DNA of 59,624 bases, filler included. It is 5 parts of 5 records of this genome, joined end to end, with 100 filler letters (N's around TTAATTAATTAA, not from the genome) between each part and the next. Parts side by side here need not be neighbours in the genome. Positions count along the whole stretch, not along the records: positions 35,848 to 59,624 come from DRR723986_17158; 4 more parts are not named here. One strand, written 5' to 3'. Of the stretch, positions 58,628 to 59,624 are shown piece after piece (position 1 is the stretch's first letter; each line of letters begins with the position of its first letter). A model generated the notes under the pieces. That model did no database searches and was not told the origin of the DNA. It worked only from the letters and a program-made list of their open reading frames with translations. Position numbers and translations under genes: made by a program.

Positions 58628-59476
58628 ATGACAAAAAAAATCTACACCCTGGTTCATTGGTCCGTTCCCACGGCGCAGCACGAACTTGCCGCGGCAGCAC
58701 TTGTTCCTTTTCCATTTCTTGGAATAGATCATTCACCGGATACCCTTGTCATTAGTTTTGAGAACGCCGTCTTCGATTCCATCTGGCCGGAAGCGATTGA
58801 GGAACACTGGACGGCGATGGGCATTCAATTTTCGGGCGGCCGCGTTGAGGAAATTGAGGAGGAAAATTGGAATGCGCGCTGGGAAGAGTCTATAGATGTT
58901 GTGCGAATCTCAGATCGTGTCACCATCGCTCCACCGTGGAAACTCGAAGAAGTACGTGCCGAGATCACCTTAATTATTAAACCGCAGATGTCATTCGGCA
59001 CGGGCCACCACGAAACTACGCGCTTAATTGCTGCGATGCTTGAGCATCATGTTCGGCCCGGTACAAACTGGATTGACGCAGGCACCGGCACTGGAATTCT
59101 GGCGATCCTGGCACTTAAACTGGGCGCGCGTTACGCCCTTGGAATTGATTTTGATGAGTGGTCCACGGAAAATGCTGCCGAGAACATTACGGCCAATGAT
59201 CTGGACGGACGCATTGATATCCGCAAAGCCGATTTAACGACAACTCCCCTGCCTGCCAGCGACGGCATCGTAGCAAATGTCAACACCTTCATCCTCAAAA
59301 AATGCTTTAAACAATTTGCAGCGGCACTTCGCGATTCCGGCGGCCCACTTTTACTTTCGGGCATATTAATTGAAGAGGCCGACGGCTTGATTGAGGAAGC
59401 CACGCGCCACGGTTTTGTCTTAAAAGACCGCACAAGCGAGTCTGAGTGGACGGCTATGTACTTCCAGCTCAGCTAA
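58628..59476 (+). CDS. prmA: Ribosomal protein L11 methyltransferase
   Basis: ENWNARW, PQMSFGTGHHETT, DAGTGTGILAI, LLSGIL. Confidence 0.95.
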   Translation: MTKKIYTLVHWSVPTAQHELAAAALVPFPFLGIDHSPDTLVISFENAVFDSIWPEAIEEHWTAMGIQFSGGRVEEIEEENWNARWEESIDVVRISDRVTIAPPWKLEEVRAEITLIIKPQMSFGTGHHETTRLIAAMLEHHVRPGTNWIDAGTGTGILAILALKLGARYALGIDFDEWSTENAAENITANDLDGRIDIRKADLTTTPLPASDGIVANVNTFILKKCFKQFAAALRDSGGPLLLSGILIEEADGLIEEATRHGFVLKDRTSESEWTAMYFQLS

Positions 59477-59599
59477 TTCCAGGTTCGAATTGTTTGACGT
59501 CCGGCGGATTGGCGATTGACTTTTCTGCCGGATTGAATACTCCACTTTTGGCTGGCTGCCTTGAGCGCTTTGAGCACCTTCTCTGCGTTCGGGGCTCAG

Positions 59600-59623
59600 G
59601 CTTTTATGAGCTTCTTGTTAGTT
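59600..59623 (+). repeat. Copy of the dispersed intergenic repeat (runs off the window end)
   Basis: GCTTTTATGAGCTTCTTGTTAGTT versus the reverse complement of 686-709 (22/24). Confidence 0.7.
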
Positions 59624-59624
59624 A

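Noticed and set aside
1-59624. tRNA, rRNA or other known structured RNA genes
   Set aside because: No cloverleaf or rRNA-like conserved segments recognised by eye; a tRNAscan/Infernal run would be needed to exclude them

Overview
The window is not one continuous locus. It is five contigs joined by identical 100-nt artificial spacers (44 N + TTAATTAATTAA + 44 N) at 14088-14187, 21349-21448, 30083-30182 and 35748-35847. Contigs 1, 3 and 5 look like one Bacteroidota/Chlorobiota-superphylum organism (inferred from a T9SS-sorted protein and a shared intergenic repeat family). They carry an ECF sigma/anti-sigma-beta-barrel operon, a PAS hybrid kinase, recN, a SpoT-like HD protein, a penicillin acylase, a sugar-nucleotidyltransferase/PMM fusion, hisS, a seven-gene acyl-glycosyl carotenoid cluster, a possible cobalamin-uptake trio, a solitary AT-rich 1.4-kaa NACHT/NLR-like gene, mscS, corA and prmA. 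Contig 4 (30183-35747) is GC-rich gammaproteobacterial housekeeping DNA (carB-greA-yhbY-rlmE-ftsH) and is probably foreign. Contig 2 (14188-21348) looks alphaproteobacterial and is the most interesting part. It holds a 5'-truncated CsgG/HfaB-family secretion-pore gene followed by co-oriented genes for two intact and one fragmentary paralogous secreted Asn/Gly/Ser/Thr-rich repeat proteins (not classic curli), a TPR-sulfotransferase and an atypical receiver protein. This is a candidate undescribed curli/holdfast-anchor-like surface-fibre system with possible sulfation. All family calls come from motif recognition by eye; no searches were run.
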